DNA of 64,000 bases from Candidatus Sulfopaludibacter sp. SbA3 (lineage in GTDB: Bacteria; Acidobacteriota; Terriglobia; 20CM-2-55-15), in NCBI GenBank assembly GCA_945865815.1, contig CAMBFR010000001.1, forward strand, positions 69-64,068, written 5' to 3'. The translations under genes were made by a program, and so were the position numbers. The notes under the pieces are model-generated. The model had not been told where the DNA came from. It ran no database searches and saw only the letters and a program-made list of their open reading frames with translations. The stretch's first letter is position 1, and every line of letters starts with the position of its first letter. This document shows positions 41,569-51,023 of this stretch, one piece after another.

Positions 41569-41787
41569 GTGATGGCCGCGGACAAGTTCGACAAACTGGA
41601 AGCGCGAATCATACAAACCATCGCGCTACTGAAGACGACGCGCAGGGAAAAGGATCTTCTAGAAAAAGAACTGGCCGCCGTTCGCCGCGAACTGACGGAA
41701 TTCAGGCGCGAGCGTGCCGTCGTTCAGGGTAAAGTCGAGTCATTGCTCGAAACGTTATCGGAACTGAGCGAGGAAAGTCTTGTCTAA
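41569..41787 (+). CDS. ZapB-like coiled-coil protein
   Basis: 72 aa heptad-rich protein between pheT and zapA. Confidence 0.7.
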   Translation: MMAADKFDKLEARIIQTIALLKTTRREKDLLEKELAAVRRELTEFRRERAVVQGKVESLLETLSELSEESLV

Positions 41788-42046
41788 GCGGCCGCGGAGC
41801 ATCGACGTCGAGATCTTCGACCAGAAGTACTCCATCTATTTAAAGAGCCCGTTGTCGGAGCCTGAAGTGCGCCGGCTGGCTGACGACGTGGACAACCGCA
41901 TGCGCGAAATTTCAGCCGCGGCCAATACCGCCGACTCGCTAAAAGTGGCGATTCTGGTGGCTCTCCACCTGGCTGAGGAACTGGCCGCGGTCCGCCGGAA
42001 GAGCGACGAGTGGACCCAGGCTTTGGAAGAGGTCTTGAAGAAGTAG
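41780..42046 (+). CDS. zapA: Cell division protein ZapA
   Basis: VEIFDQKY, VDNRMREI and KVAILVALHLA; followed by 6S RNA. Confidence 0.88.
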   Translation: MSKRPRSIDVEIFDQKYSIYLKSPLSEPEVRRLADDVDNRMREISAAANTADSLKVAILVALHLAEELAAVRRKSDEWTQALEEVLKK

Positions 42047-42071
42047 CCGCCCTTCCTCTAGAATCTTTGAA

Positions 42072-42251
42072 CCCTGCGAAGTGCGTGATGGTTCCACTAA
42101 TTTTGAACCAATGCTTATTTGATAGGGAGTCTGCGTTTCGTCGTGGTGTGCGGGCCTAACCCCTCGGGGTACCAAGGTCCCCTAAAGCGCGAATAGGACA
42201 CCCACCTGTGTAGCAGGTTCAAATAAGGTGAGCCACACGGCTTCTGCGGGG
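42072..42251 (+). ncRNA. ssrS: 6S RNA
   Basis: About 180 nt after zapA; ends pair (CCCTGCGAAG/CTTCTGCGGGG); TTGAACC/GGTTCAA helix; GGGAG and CCCACCTG conserved 6S elements. Confidence 0.85.
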
Positions 42252-42342
42252 CCAACTGTAACCAGTTGGATCGCGGCTGACCCTCCTTGGTGGCGTCCAA
42301 CCCATCCATAGGGATGCGGGTACGCCTTAGAAAGTAGCTTCC

Positions 42343-43119
42343 GTGAAAATCCTCTTTATTGGCGACACTGTCGCTCGTCCCGGGCGAGCGATTGTCCACG
42401 ACCATTTGCGGCACATCCAGAGGGAATACGAAATCGATTTCACAGTGCTGAACTGTGAAAACGCGGCCAACGGGTTCGGAATTACGCCGAAAATCGCCGA
42501 TGAACTCTTCGACTGGGGAATCGACGTACTGACATCCGGAAATCACGTATGGGACAAGAAGGAGATCCTTCCGTACCTTAACAACAACACGAGAATACTG
42601 AGGCCGGCGAACTATCCGCCCAACAATCCGGGGCGTGGAACCGCTGTCCTGAAAAGCCGAAACGGGGAGGAAGCCGCTGTCATCAACCTGCAGGGACGGG
42701 TATTCATGCCCGCAACCGATGATCCTTTTCGTGTCGTTGACGAGGAACTGACAAAAATTCCAGAGCACGTCAAAGTGATCTTCGTCGACATGCATGGTGA
42801 AGCGACTTCCGAAAAAGTCGCAATGGGTTGGTATCTCGATGGCCGCGTTTCGGCCGTCGTCGGCACTCATACCCACATTCCTACCGCCGATGAGACGATT
42901 CTTCCCGGCGGAACCGCTTATTTGACGGATGTCGGGATGTCGGGTCCGTTCCACTCCGTAGTGGGCGTCATGAAGGAGCAGGCAATCAACCGGTTCCTGA
43001 CGCAGATCAACGACAAGTTCGAGTCCGCTTCAGAGGACGTGCGCCTGAATGCCGTGGTAATCGGCGTGGACTCGAAAACGGGCAAAGCACAGACAATCGA
43101 GCGCATCCAACGGCGATAG
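42343..43119 (+). CDS. TIGR00282/YmdB metallophosphoesterase
   Basis: ILFIGD, N.ENAA, TSGNHVWD, RPANYP, DMHGEATSEK and GTHTH. Confidence 0.93.
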   Translation: MKILFIGDTVARPGRAIVHDHLRHIQREYEIDFTVLNCENAANGFGITPKIADELFDWGIDVLTSGNHVWDKKEILPYLNNNTRILRPANYPPNNPGRGTAVLKSRNGEEAAVINLQGRVFMPATDDPFRVVDEELTKIPEHVKVIFVDMHGEATSEKVAMGWYLDGRVSAVVGTHTHIPTADETILPGGTAYLTDVGMSGPFHSVVGVMKEQAINRFLTQINDKFESASEDVRLNAVVIGVDSKTGKAQTIERIQRR

Positions 43120-43143
43120 CCCGCCCGATATATACTGAAAACT

Positions 43144-44487
43144 ATGTTCGAAAACCTCTCCGAAAAACTTCAACGTGTCTTCAAGAACCTTCGCGGTGAA
43201 GGCCGGTTGACCGAGGAACACGTTCAAGAGTCGCTTAAAGAGATTCGCATCGCCCTGCTGGAAGCGGACGTCAATTTCAAAGTCGTAAAGCAATTTACGG
43301 ACGCGGTCAGGGAAAAGGCCATGGGACAGGAAGTGATGCAAAGCCTCAGTCCCGGGCAGCAGGTTGTAAAAATTGTCCGCGACGAGCTGGTCGAGATGCT
43401 GGGGGGATCGAACGTCAGACTCAATTTCGCCTCACAGCCCCCGACTGTAATCATGCTGGTCGGCTTGCAGGGTTCGGGTAAGACGACGTCTTCCGGAAAA
43501 CTGGCGAGGTGGCTGGAGAAGAATGGCCACCGACCCATGCTGGTATCGGTCGACGTGTATCGGCCCGCCGCGCGCGATCAGCTCAAGGTGATTGCGAAAG
43601 AGATTGGCGTAAAGCTCTACGAGGGTAATCCGGACGACAAGCCGCTGGCTCTGTGCGAAGGCGCTCTTCGCGAAGCGCGCAACACTGCTCATGATGTCCT
43701 GGTAATCGACACGGCTGGCCGTCTTCACATCGACGAACCGTTGATGAACGAGCTTCGCGAGATCCAGACGAAGCTTCACCCCAGTGAAATACTTTTCGTG
43801 GCGGACGCCATGCTTGGCCAGGACGCCGTAAAGAGCGCGCAGCAGTTCCATGAGCAGCTTGGCTTCAGTGGTTTCATCCTCACAAAGATGGACGGCGATG
43901 CCCGCGGCGGTGCAGCGCTTTCGATCAAGCAGGTCACCGGTCAGCCCGTGAAATTCGTAGGCACCGGCGAGAAATACGATGCGCTGGAATTGTTCCATCC
44001 CGACCGGCTGGTGTCGCGAATCATCGGGATGGGTGACGTTCTTTCGCTTATTGAGAAGGCCGAAGAGGTTGTCGATAAGAAAAAGGCGTTGGAACTCACC
44101 GAAAAGCTGAGAACGGACACCTTCTCGCTTGAAGATTTCCGCGACCAACTCACCCAGATTCGAAAGCTTGGCTCGCTGGAACAGATCCTCGGAATGCTTC
44201 CCAGCATTGGCCCATTCAAAGACATGCAGAAAGCAAAAGTTGATGAAAACGAACTGGTGCGGATCGAGGCGATCATCAACTCGATGACGCCAAAGGAGCG
44301 CCGAAATCATCAAATCATCAACGGAAGCCGACGCAAACGGATCGCCAGGGGGAGTGGAACGAGCGTTCAGCAGGTCAACCAGCTTCTGAAGCAGTATGTG
44401 CAGACCCGCAAGATGATGAAGGGGATGAAAAATTCATTCTTCGGAAAGCGGATGAAGGGGATGAAACTGCCGCAAATGCCCTTCTAG
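43144..44487 (+). CDS. ffh: Signal recognition particle protein
   Basis: GLQGSGKTT, DTAGR, TKMDGDARGG and SRRKRIARGSG. Confidence 0.97.
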   Translation: MFENLSEKLQRVFKNLRGEGRLTEEHVQESLKEIRIALLEADVNFKVVKQFTDAVREKAMGQEVMQSLSPGQQVVKIVRDELVEMLGGSNVRLNFASQPPTVIMLVGLQGSGKTTSSGKLARWLEKNGHRPMLVSVDVYRPAARDQLKVIAKEIGVKLYEGNPDDKPLALCEGALREARNTAHDVLVIDTAGRLHIDEPLMNELREIQTKLHPSEILFVADAMLGQDAVKSAQQFHEQLGFSGFILTKMDGDARGGAALSIKQVTGQPVKFVGTGEKYDALELFHPDRLVSRIIGMGDVLSLIEKAEEVVDKKKALELTEKLRTDTFSLEDFRDQLTQIRKLGSLEQILGMLPSIGPFKDMQKAKVDENELVRIEAIINSMTPKERRNHQIINGSRRKRIARGSGTSVQQVNQLLKQYVQTRKMMKGMKNSFFGKRMKGMKLPQMPF

Positions 44488-44567
44488 GCCGGAATTCAGA
44501 AATTCAACCTGCCTTTTGCGCTGCTTTTAGCTATACTTCAAAGGTTTTTCATAAGGAGGCTTATCTT

Positions 44568-44810
44568 TTGGTAGCAATGCGTCTGACCCGGATCGGGTCT
44601 AAAAAGCGTCCGTACTACCGGATTGTGGTTATTGATAAAAGGCGTGCCCGGAATGGCCGATTCCTGGAAGTCCTGGGCCAATACAATCCCATTGCGAATC
44701 CCGTGCAGATGGAAATCAACGCGGAACGCGCTCAATACTGGCTTTCAAAGGGTGCGGAACCGTCGGAGACTGTCCGCAGCATCCTTCGGAAAAAGGAGAT
44801 CGTGAAGTAA
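44568..44810 (+). CDS. rpsP: 30S ribosomal protein S16
   Basis: RL.R.GSKKRPYYRIVV and WLSKGA.PSETV. Confidence 0.96.
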   Translation: MVAMRLTRIGSKKRPYYRIVVIDKRRARNGRFLEVLGQYNPIANPVQMEINAERAQYWLSKGAEPSETVRSILRKKEIVK

Positions 44811-44909
44811 CAGCCGGGCAAGCCAGGGTCCTTCGGTCCCTCATCCAGTATTCATATTACTTGTAGCTCAATTTCGTAGCGCTAGGCACAAGTCGAGTGG
44901 AGGTGGCTG

Positions 44910-45140
44910 ATGAAGGAGCTTATTGAGCAAATCGCGAAAGCCCTGGTGGATAACCCCGAACAGGTCACGGTTCGGCCGATCGAAGGGGAACAAACAACCG
45001 TTCTGGAACTGAGAGTTGCGCAGAGCGACCTGGGCAAGGTAATTGGAAAGCAGGGGAGAACGGCACGCTCGATTCGAACCATTCTCAGCGCAGCGGGGAT
45101 GAAGCTAAAGAAACGTTTCACGCTTGAAATCCTGGAGTAG
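44910..45140 (+). CDS. khpA: KH-domain RNA-binding protein KhpA
   Basis: [17 protein letters not shown]; rpsP-khpA-rimM synteny. Confidence 0.93.
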   Translation: MKELIEQIAKALVDNPEQVTVRPIEGEQTTVLELRVAQSDLGKVIGKQGRTARSIRTILSAAGMKLKKRFTLEILE

Positions 45141-45146
45141 TGCTTC

Positions 45147-45674
45147 ATCAGTCAACGAGAGGCTTCCTTCATTTCCATCGCCCGGATCACAAAGACTCAG
45201 GGTCTTAAGGGCGCCGTAAGAGTAGAAGTTACGCTCGAAGAGGACGAGGTATTCACCCCGGGCCGCCGGGTGGTTGTGACCGCCAAAACCGGCGAGAGAC
45301 ATACTGAAATCGAATTTTTCCGCAGGCAGCACGGGCGCTGCATTATCAAACTTCGCGGACTGGATGAGATTTCAGAGGCCGAAAAGTGGATAGGCGCCGA
45401 GATTAAAATTCCCGCCAACGAACTTTTGCCGGCGAAGGAAGGCTGGTTTTACAGGTTTCAGTTGAAGGGATGCGGCGTTTTCAGCGAGAGCGGCGAGTAT
45501 GTCGGTGACGCTGCCGACGTGCTTGACTCACGCGGCGCGCAGATTCTGAAAGTCATCCACGGCGATGAAGAACTGCTGATCCCATTCGCCGATGCGTATA
45601 TAAAGAAGATCGATGTGGATCAGCGGCGAATCGAAGTGTCGTTGCCCCAGGATCTGCGGGAACTGAACAAGTGA
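45147..45674 (+). CDS. rimM: Ribosome maturation factor RimM (no canonical in-frame start; ATC 45147 proposed)
   Basis: Frame gives FISIARITKTQGLKG...FYRFQLKG..LIPF; the conserved N-terminus lies upstream of the ORF-track GTG at 45270. Confidence 0.88.
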   Translation: MSQREASFISIARITKTQGLKGAVRVEVTLEEDEVFTPGRRVVVTAKTGERHTEIEFFRRQHGRCIIKLRGLDEISEAEKWIGAEIKIPANELLPAKEGWFYRFQLKGCGVFSESGEYVGDAADVLDSRGAQILKVIHGDEELLIPFADAYIKKIDVDQRRIEVSLPQDLRELNK

Positions 45675-46360
45675 CGTTTGACGTCGTTACTATTTTCCCG
45701 GAATTCTTCAAGGGCCCTTTCGATTTCGGTGTCGTCAGGCGGGGCCGCGAAAAGGGTCTCATCGAAACACGGATCCGGGATCTCAGGGAATTCACCTCGG
45801 ATCGGCATCGAACAGTCGATGATCGGCCTTTCGGCGGCGGCGAAGGAATGGTTTTCAAACCGGAGCCGATTTTCGATGCGGTCGAAGCGGTTCGGATGAG
45901 TGACCAGGCTGAAGTAGTCGTGCTCAGCGCAGCCGGCCGCAAATTCTGCCAGGCCGAAGCGCTACGGCTGTCCAAGGCGCCTCAGGTTATTTTGATCTGC
46001 GGACGCTACGAAGGAATCGACGAACGCGTTGCCGAGCATCTGGCAACGGCGGAAATTTCGGTCGGCGACTTCATTCTGTCGGGCGGCGAAATTGCGGCGG
46101 CGCTCGTAGTGGATGCCGTGTCGCGTTATGTGCCGGGTGTTGTCGGCAAGGAAGAATCGATATTGCGGGACTCTTTTTCAAACCCCGCGGAACTGAATCA
46201 GCGAGTGGAACATCCGCACTATACAAGGCCGGCGGATTTCCGCGGATGGAGAGTGCCCGACGTTTTGATATCGGGCGATCACGAGGCCGTCCGAAAGTGG
46301 CGCGATGAAGCCGCTCTCATAAAGACGGAAAAAAACAGGCCGGATCTATTGACGAGGTAG
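45671..46360 (+). CDS. trmD: tRNA (m1G37) methyltransferase
   Basis: [28 protein letters not shown] and YTRP. Confidence 0.97.
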   Translation: MTFDVVTIFPEFFKGPFDFGVVRRGREKGLIETRIRDLREFTSDRHRTVDDRPFGGGEGMVFKPEPIFDAVEAVRMSDQAEVVVLSAAGRKFCQAEALRLSKAPQVILICGRYEGIDERVAEHLATAEISVGDFILSGGEIAAALVVDAVSRYVPGVVGKEESILRDSFSNPAELNQRVEHPHYTRPADFRGWRVPDVLISGDHEAVRKWRDEAALIKTEKNRPDLLTR

Positions 46361-46362
46361 TT

Positions 46363-46713
46363 ATGAATACATTGGACATGGTGGAGAAACCGCAACTTCG
46401 AACCGACCTTCCCGGGTTTAAACCTGGCGACACTGTCAAAGTTCACGTAAAGATCAAGGAAGGCGATAAAGAGCGCATTCAGGTGTTTGAAGGAGTCTGT
46501 ATTGCGCAGAAACACGGGGGAGTGCGCGCCACCTTCACGGTTCGGAAAATGTCCTTCGGACATGGAGTCGAACGTATCTTTCCTCTCCATTCCCGCACAA
46601 TCGACAAAATCGAGGTAGTGCGCTCGGGCCGCGTACGGCGCGCCAAACTGTATTACATACGTGAACTCCGCGGAAAAGCCGCGCGCATCAAAGAGGCCAA
46701 GGCCGCACAGTAG
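46363..46713 (+). CDS. rplS: 50S ribosomal protein L19
   Basis: [15 protein letters not shown] and VRRAKLYY. Confidence 0.97.
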   Translation: MNTLDMVEKPQLRTDLPGFKPGDTVKVHVKIKEGDKERIQVFEGVCIAQKHGGVRATFTVRKMSFGHGVERIFPLHSRTIDKIEVVRSGRVRRAKLYYIRELRGKAARIKEAKAAQ

Positions 46714-46715
46714 AC

Positions 46716-46808
46716 ATTTCGGCATTCGAACTTTCGGATTTCGGATTCCGGCGCATTTTACCGTGCCCGCCGCTCCGAAATCCGATTGCCGAACGTCGAA
46801 ATCCGAAT
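46716..46808. repeat. Inverted arrays of degenerate TTCGGA(T)/TCCGAA(A) heptamers
   Basis: ATTTCGGCATTCGAACTTTCGGATTTCGGATT ... TCCGAAATCCGATTGCCGAACGTCGAAATCCGAAT. Confidence 0.65.
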
Positions 46809-46812
46809 TTTC

Positions 46813-47070
46813 ATGGGTCGCCTTCTTGCCATAGCCTTCATTCTCTTCTGCTTCGAAATTGGAATATTTCTCGTCTTCGTGCCCTGGTCGGCACTGTGGG
46901 AAAACAATTTCCTGCTGGATTATTCGCCCTTACTCCGTGGGATTCTCCTGAATAACTTCGTCAGGGGAGCTGTTTCGGGGCTCGGAGTCATCGACTTCCT
47001 GATCGGACTCGCTGAACTCGCGGGCTTCTGGAAGTCGCTCCGCATGGTCGATCACACTTCAACTGAATAA
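46813..47070 (+). CDS. Small membrane protein
   Basis: FEIG.FL...PW...WENN and RGAVSGLG pattern; two TMs. Confidence 0.7.
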   Translation: MGRLLAIAFILFCFEIGIFLVFVPWSALWENNFLLDYSPLLRGILLNNFVRGAVSGLGVIDFLIGLAELAGFWKSLRMVDHTSTE

Positions 47071-47108
47071 GTGAAAGCAAGCCCTATAGGGCGCAGCCAT
47101 CAAGAATA

Positions 47109-47642
47109 ATGATCCGCTACTACGTCACAGATCGCAGGCAGGGCGACATCATCGTCTTTGCGAGGCGGGCTATCGATGACGGCGTACACATGATTCAGGT
47201 CCGCGAAAAAGACCTTCCAGCCAAACAGCTCTTTGAAATCGTTTCTCAAATCCGCGATCTCGCCGGCAAGAGCAATACGAAAGTCCTCGTCAATGACCGC
47301 GTTGATATTGCGGTAACCGCAAGTGTCGGAGTTCATCTCCCGTCAAACGGCTTGCCGGCGGAACGTGTACGGCCGCTTGTGCAGGTTCTGGGCGTTTCCA
47401 CACACTCTGTCGAAGAGGCGATTCAGGCAGAGAAGGCCGGCGCGGATTTCGTCGTCTTCGGCCCGGTCTTCGAAACACCCGGAAAGACTCCTGCGGGCCT
47501 CGATACGCTGCGCCGCGTTGTTGCGGCTCTCAGACTCCCGGTCCTTGCCATAGGTGGCGTCACAATGGCAAATGCGGCGCAGATCCTCGATTGCGGCGCC
47601 GCAGGCATTGCGGGCATTCGACTATTCCAGACTTCAGGGTGA
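47109..47642 (+). CDS. thiE: Thiamine phosphate synthase / TenI family protein
   Basis: QVREKD, LVNDR.D, GVHL, STHS, FGPVF.T and AIGG. Confidence 0.82.
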   Translation: MIRYYVTDRRQGDIIVFARRAIDDGVHMIQVREKDLPAKQLFEIVSQIRDLAGKSNTKVLVNDRVDIAVTASVGVHLPSNGLPAERVRPLVQVLGVSTHSVEEAIQAEKAGADFVVFGPVFETPGKTPAGLDTLRRVVAALRLPVLAIGGVTMANAAQILDCGAAGIAGIRLFQTSG

Positions 47643-47657
47643 CCTGTGAGTGATCTG

Positions 47658-47694
47658 AAAAATAAGGGCGCACACCTGCGTGTGCGCCCTTATT
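47658..47694. terminator. Terminator between convergent thiE and TonB receptor genes
   Basis: AATAAGGGCGCACAC-CTGC-GTGTGCGCCCTTATT perfect hairpin. Confidence 0.85.
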
Positions 47695-47713
47695 ACTGGA
47701 CGGACCAGACGGG

Positions 47714-50700
47714 CTAGAAGAGGTACTTCAGCGCGAACTGCAGGATCCTTGGATCCTGCGCGGTTCGGATGATGCCGAACTGGGTCGGCTGACTCAAGTT
47801 CGTTGTAGGGTTTTGCGGCCGGAAGCTGTTTGTAACGTTGTACGCTTCGGCACGAAACTCAAGACGATTATCTTCCCTGAAACGGAAGGCCCGTGACAGG
47901 GCGAGATCGAAGTTCCAAGTTCCCAGGCCTCCAACGCTCAAGCGGCCCACGCTCCCGAACGTGCCTGTAGCGGGTACGGCAAATGCCGCGGAGTTCAGGA
48001 AAACTGTTCCGGGACGACCGGATTTGTCGAGGTAAGGGCTGGTCAATACCTGATTGGGCCGCTGGTTGTTGGTACCCGTCAGAGAGTTATCCACTCCCGT
48101 CGTAACGTTCAGATACGCCCCCGTTGCGTACCGGTAGATTCCCGATAGTCTCCAGCCCGATGCGAGCAATCGGACCGTGTTATTGGCAAATCGCGGCGTC
48201 TCGGCCACCGACGTCAGGTTAAACACGTGCCGGCGATCCGATACGCAGTTGGCGCGATCTCCATCCCGGTTGTTGGCATCCTGAACGTCCGTTCCCGGGT
48301 CCGGGCCCGAACCATTGAAGTCCGTGTAGTCACCAATGCAGTGAGACCATGTGTAATTGCCGGAAACCGTCACGCCGTTCGAGGCGCGGCGTTGCACATT
48401 CAAGAGCAAACCGTTGTAACTCATCGTTCCGCCATCATCGAACTCCGACATGACGCCGATGAACCGTCCTTCTGCCGGGTTCTCGAGAAAAAGTTTCCGG
48501 CGCTGGGTCAGGTTTGCAAGCGTTGCTCCAGGCGTAAGAATGCCGGGGTTCAACGCCTTCTGCGTCCAAAGGTGAACGGTCTGGCTGCCGGTGTAGGTAC
48601 TCGACACTAACCAGCTCTCGCCCAGCTGCCTTTGAACGCTCAGGTTCCAAGAACCCGCATACGTGTTGCCCGCATCGTAAGGAGTATTGTTAAAGGTACC
48701 TCCCTCCACGAATGGCGTGTCTGCATTGAACACGGTCGGGAACGGGTTTCCCCCAGGCCGGCCCAGCCACGGATTATCCAGGCCACCCGCCGGGGTGATC
48801 AAATTGACCTGATTGCCCCATGGCGGCGCGTTCGCCGTGTCGATGTGCCAGACGAGCGGTTTGAAGTTGTAAGCAATGCCGTATGACGCCCTGACCGATG
48901 TTCGGCCGTCACCATTGACATCCCAGGCCAGGCCGAGGCGCGGCTGGAAGACGTTGAAGTCGTTATAGCTGCCCGTATTGCCGGGGAATCCGGGATCGCC
49001 CGGATAGTAGAAGCCCGCGGGCGCATTTCGGAATACAGTGCTCTTGATGCCCTGCTTGAAGCGATCGTAGTTGAAGTTGTAGATCGTCTCGCCGTCAATT
49101 GCCTGCGGGAAATAGGGCTCCCAGCGAATGCCATAGTTCACCGTCACGGTCGGCGTAGCCTTCCAGGTGTCCTGACCGTACAGCCCGATATACCACCGAT
49201 GTGTCAGCAACAAGGCAGGTCCGGACTGTATGAACGTGTTTACCCGCCCCAACAGAAAATCTCCCAGTGCCGCACCGGTCTGCTGGGCTGAGATGGTAAA
49301 GCTGCCGGGCGAGCGAACGTTGGATACGCCATTGGAGTATCCGCGCGACACGACGCCTCCGAAAGCCATCTGATGGGACCCGCGAATAATGCTCAGATCG
49401 TCGCTGGCCTGGACATTGTAGTTATGGAATGTCGAGGTGGTGCATGTGCCGCACCCGACGCCAAATGCGCCTTGAACGCTCAAGATGGTGTACTTCGGCA
49501 AGTAACTATAAGTATTGATCCCGACCTCGTTAGGCGCGAAGATTTCGGCGCCCAGGCGCGCGACTTTTGTCAAACCACCAGCCGCGCGGAACGAGTTCAC
49601 CGTGTTTGGACCGAGCAGGTAAGTCGATCCGAGAGTCAAGGCGTGCGAAATGTTGCTGTAGCCCCGTTGATTCGACGCCAGCAGATCTTTCGTAATTTCA
49701 TAGGGAATTTTGACGTCGTACCACGTGGACAGAAACCGGCCGAAAATCGAGTGCTTGTCGGTCGCCTGATAATCGAGCCTGCTTACGAGCTGTCCGTCGT
49801 TTCGGGAGTTGATGACGCCGTACGAGATCTCGCCACAGGGACTGCCTGTGGTCGGAAGCTTGCTCGCGATGTTGAGCGCCGCTCTGCTGTACAGTGCGGG
49901 ATCGACGCGGTTATTGACGAACGGAGCTCTCAATGCAACCTGCCGTCCGCCATTGCATGCGGGCGAAGTGAATACGGTGAAGTCGCCGGCCAGCATTGCC
50001 GCAGTCGGAATGAAAGTCCGGGTATCGGACGGGTCCTCGCGGGTGGTCGTGCCCTGGTAGCCGCCAAACACAAACAGCTTATTCCTTACGATGGGCCCGC
50101 CGATCGTTCCGCCAAACTGGTTGCGTTTCAGCGTACTGCCCTTCGTCGCAAAATATTGCCGCGCGTTGAACAGGTCGTTGCGGACGAACTCAAAGAGGCC
50201 GCCGTGGAACTCGTTCGTGCCTGATTTCGTGACGGAGTTGACCCATGCGCCGGACTGGCCTCCATTCGAAGCCGTAACGCCGCTGGTTTCCACCTTGAAT
50301 TCCTGCAACGCGTCCGGGAACGGAAAGGGCTGGCCCAGTCCGCTGTATTGATCCGTATGCGGGGCGCCGTCGAGGTTGTATTGCACTCCGAACCCGAGCC
50401 CGCCATTCACCGAAATAAAGCGGCCCGAATCGAAACTCATCGCTGCCGGCGTACCAGACTGGACGGCTCCGGCGGTGAGCGTGATCAATTCAGTCACGTT
50501 CCGTCCGTTGAGTGGCAGCTCCAGAATCCGCTCATTCTCGATAATCTGCGAAACGCCGACGCTGCGCGTTTCCACCATCGCTGAATTCGCCTGCACTTCG
50601 ATCGTTTCGGAAACCTGACCAACCTCCAGCACCGGATTGATCACGGGACTGCTGTTGACCTGCAGGACTATCCCCGTCTGCAGAAACGTGCGAAATCCGG

Positions 50701-50953
50701 GCAGCGACGCTTCCAGCCGGTAGGGTCCCACCGGCAGGTTCGGCAGTGTGTAGGATCCGGTTTCATTGGTAATGGTCATCCGGCTGATGCCGGTGTCCGT
50801 TTGCGTCGCGGTGATCTCTACTCCCGGCAGTACGGCCGCGCTTTGGTCTCGAACCGTTCCACTGATCTCGGCCGTTGCCTGCGCCAGGACCATGCCGCAG
50901 CTCATTGCAGCCACCAGGAAAACACTCGACAGATACATTACGATGCGTCCCAT
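47714..50953 (-). CDS. TonB-dependent receptor with N-terminal carboxypeptidase regulatory-like domain (Oar-like)
   Basis: ISGTVRD..A.LPG, LPLNGRN, TKSGTNEFHG, RNQFGG.IGGP, QDTWK and C-terminal PRILQFALKYLF. Confidence 0.93.
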   Translation of the reverse strand: MGRIVMYLSSVFLVAAMSCGMVLAQATAEISGTVRDQSAAVLPGVEITATQTDTGISRMTITNETGSYTLPNLPVGPYRLEASLPGFRTFLQTGIVLQVNSSPVINPVLEVGQVSETIEVQANSAMVETRSVGVSQIIENERILELPLNGRNVTELITLTAGAVQSGTPAAMSFDSGRFISVNGGLGFGVQYNLDGAPHTDQYSGLGQPFPFPDALQEFKVETSGVTASNGGQSGAWVNSVTKSGTNEFHGGLFEFVRNDLFNARQYFATKGSTLKRNQFGGTIGGPIVRNKLFVFGGYQGTTTREDPSDTRTFIPTAAMLAGDFTVFTSPACNGGRQVALRAPFVNNRVDPALYSRAALNIASKLPTTGSPCGEISYGVINSRNDGQLVSRLDYQATDKHSIFGRFLSTWYDVKIPYEITKDLLASNQRGYSNISHALTLGSTYLLGPNTVNSFRAAGGLTKVARLGAEIFAPNEVGINTYSYLPKYTILSVQGAFGVGCGTCTTSTFHNYNVQASDDLSIIRGSHQMAFGGVVSRGYSNGVSNVRSPGSFTISAQQTGAALGDFLLGRVNTFIQSGPALLLTHRWYIGLYGQDTWKATPTVTVNYGIRWEPYFPQAIDGETIYNFNYDRFKQGIKSTVFRNAPAGFYYPGDPGFPGNTGSYNDFNVFQPRLGLAWDVNGDGRTSVRASYGIAYNFKPLVWHIDTANAPPWGNQVNLITPAGGLDNPWLGRPGGNPFPTVFNADTPFVEGGTFNNTPYDAGNTYAGSWNLSVQRQLGESWLVSSTYTGSQTVHLWTQKALNPGILTPGATLANLTQRRKLFLENPAEGRFIGVMSEFDDGGTMSYNGLLLNVQRRASNGVTVSGNYTWSHCIGDYTDFNGSGPDPGTDVQDANNRDGDRANCVSDRRHVFNLTSVAETPRFANNTVRLLASGWRLSGIYRYATGAYLNVTTGVDNSLTGTNNQRPNQVLTSPYLDKSGRPGTVFLNSAAFAVPATGTFGSVGRLSVGGLGTWNFDLALSRAFRFREDNRLEFRAEAYNVTNSFRPQNPTTNLSQPTQFGIIRTAQDPRILQFALKYLF

Positions 50954-50975
50954 TTCCCCCCCTTTTTGAAAACGC

Positions 50976-51010
50976 GAAAAGCCCGGAGCGCCGGTTCGAT
51001 CCGGGCTTTC
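50976..51010 (-). terminator. Hairpin/terminator upstream of the TonB receptor gene
   Basis: GAAAGCCCGGA...TCCGGGCTTTTC followed by T residues on the minus strand. Confidence 0.65.
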
Positions 51011-51023
51011 GTCTTACTACTTA

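Noticed and set aside
47071-47108. TPP riboswitch before thiE
   Set aside because: The gap is too short and lacks the CTGAGA and related TPP motifs.
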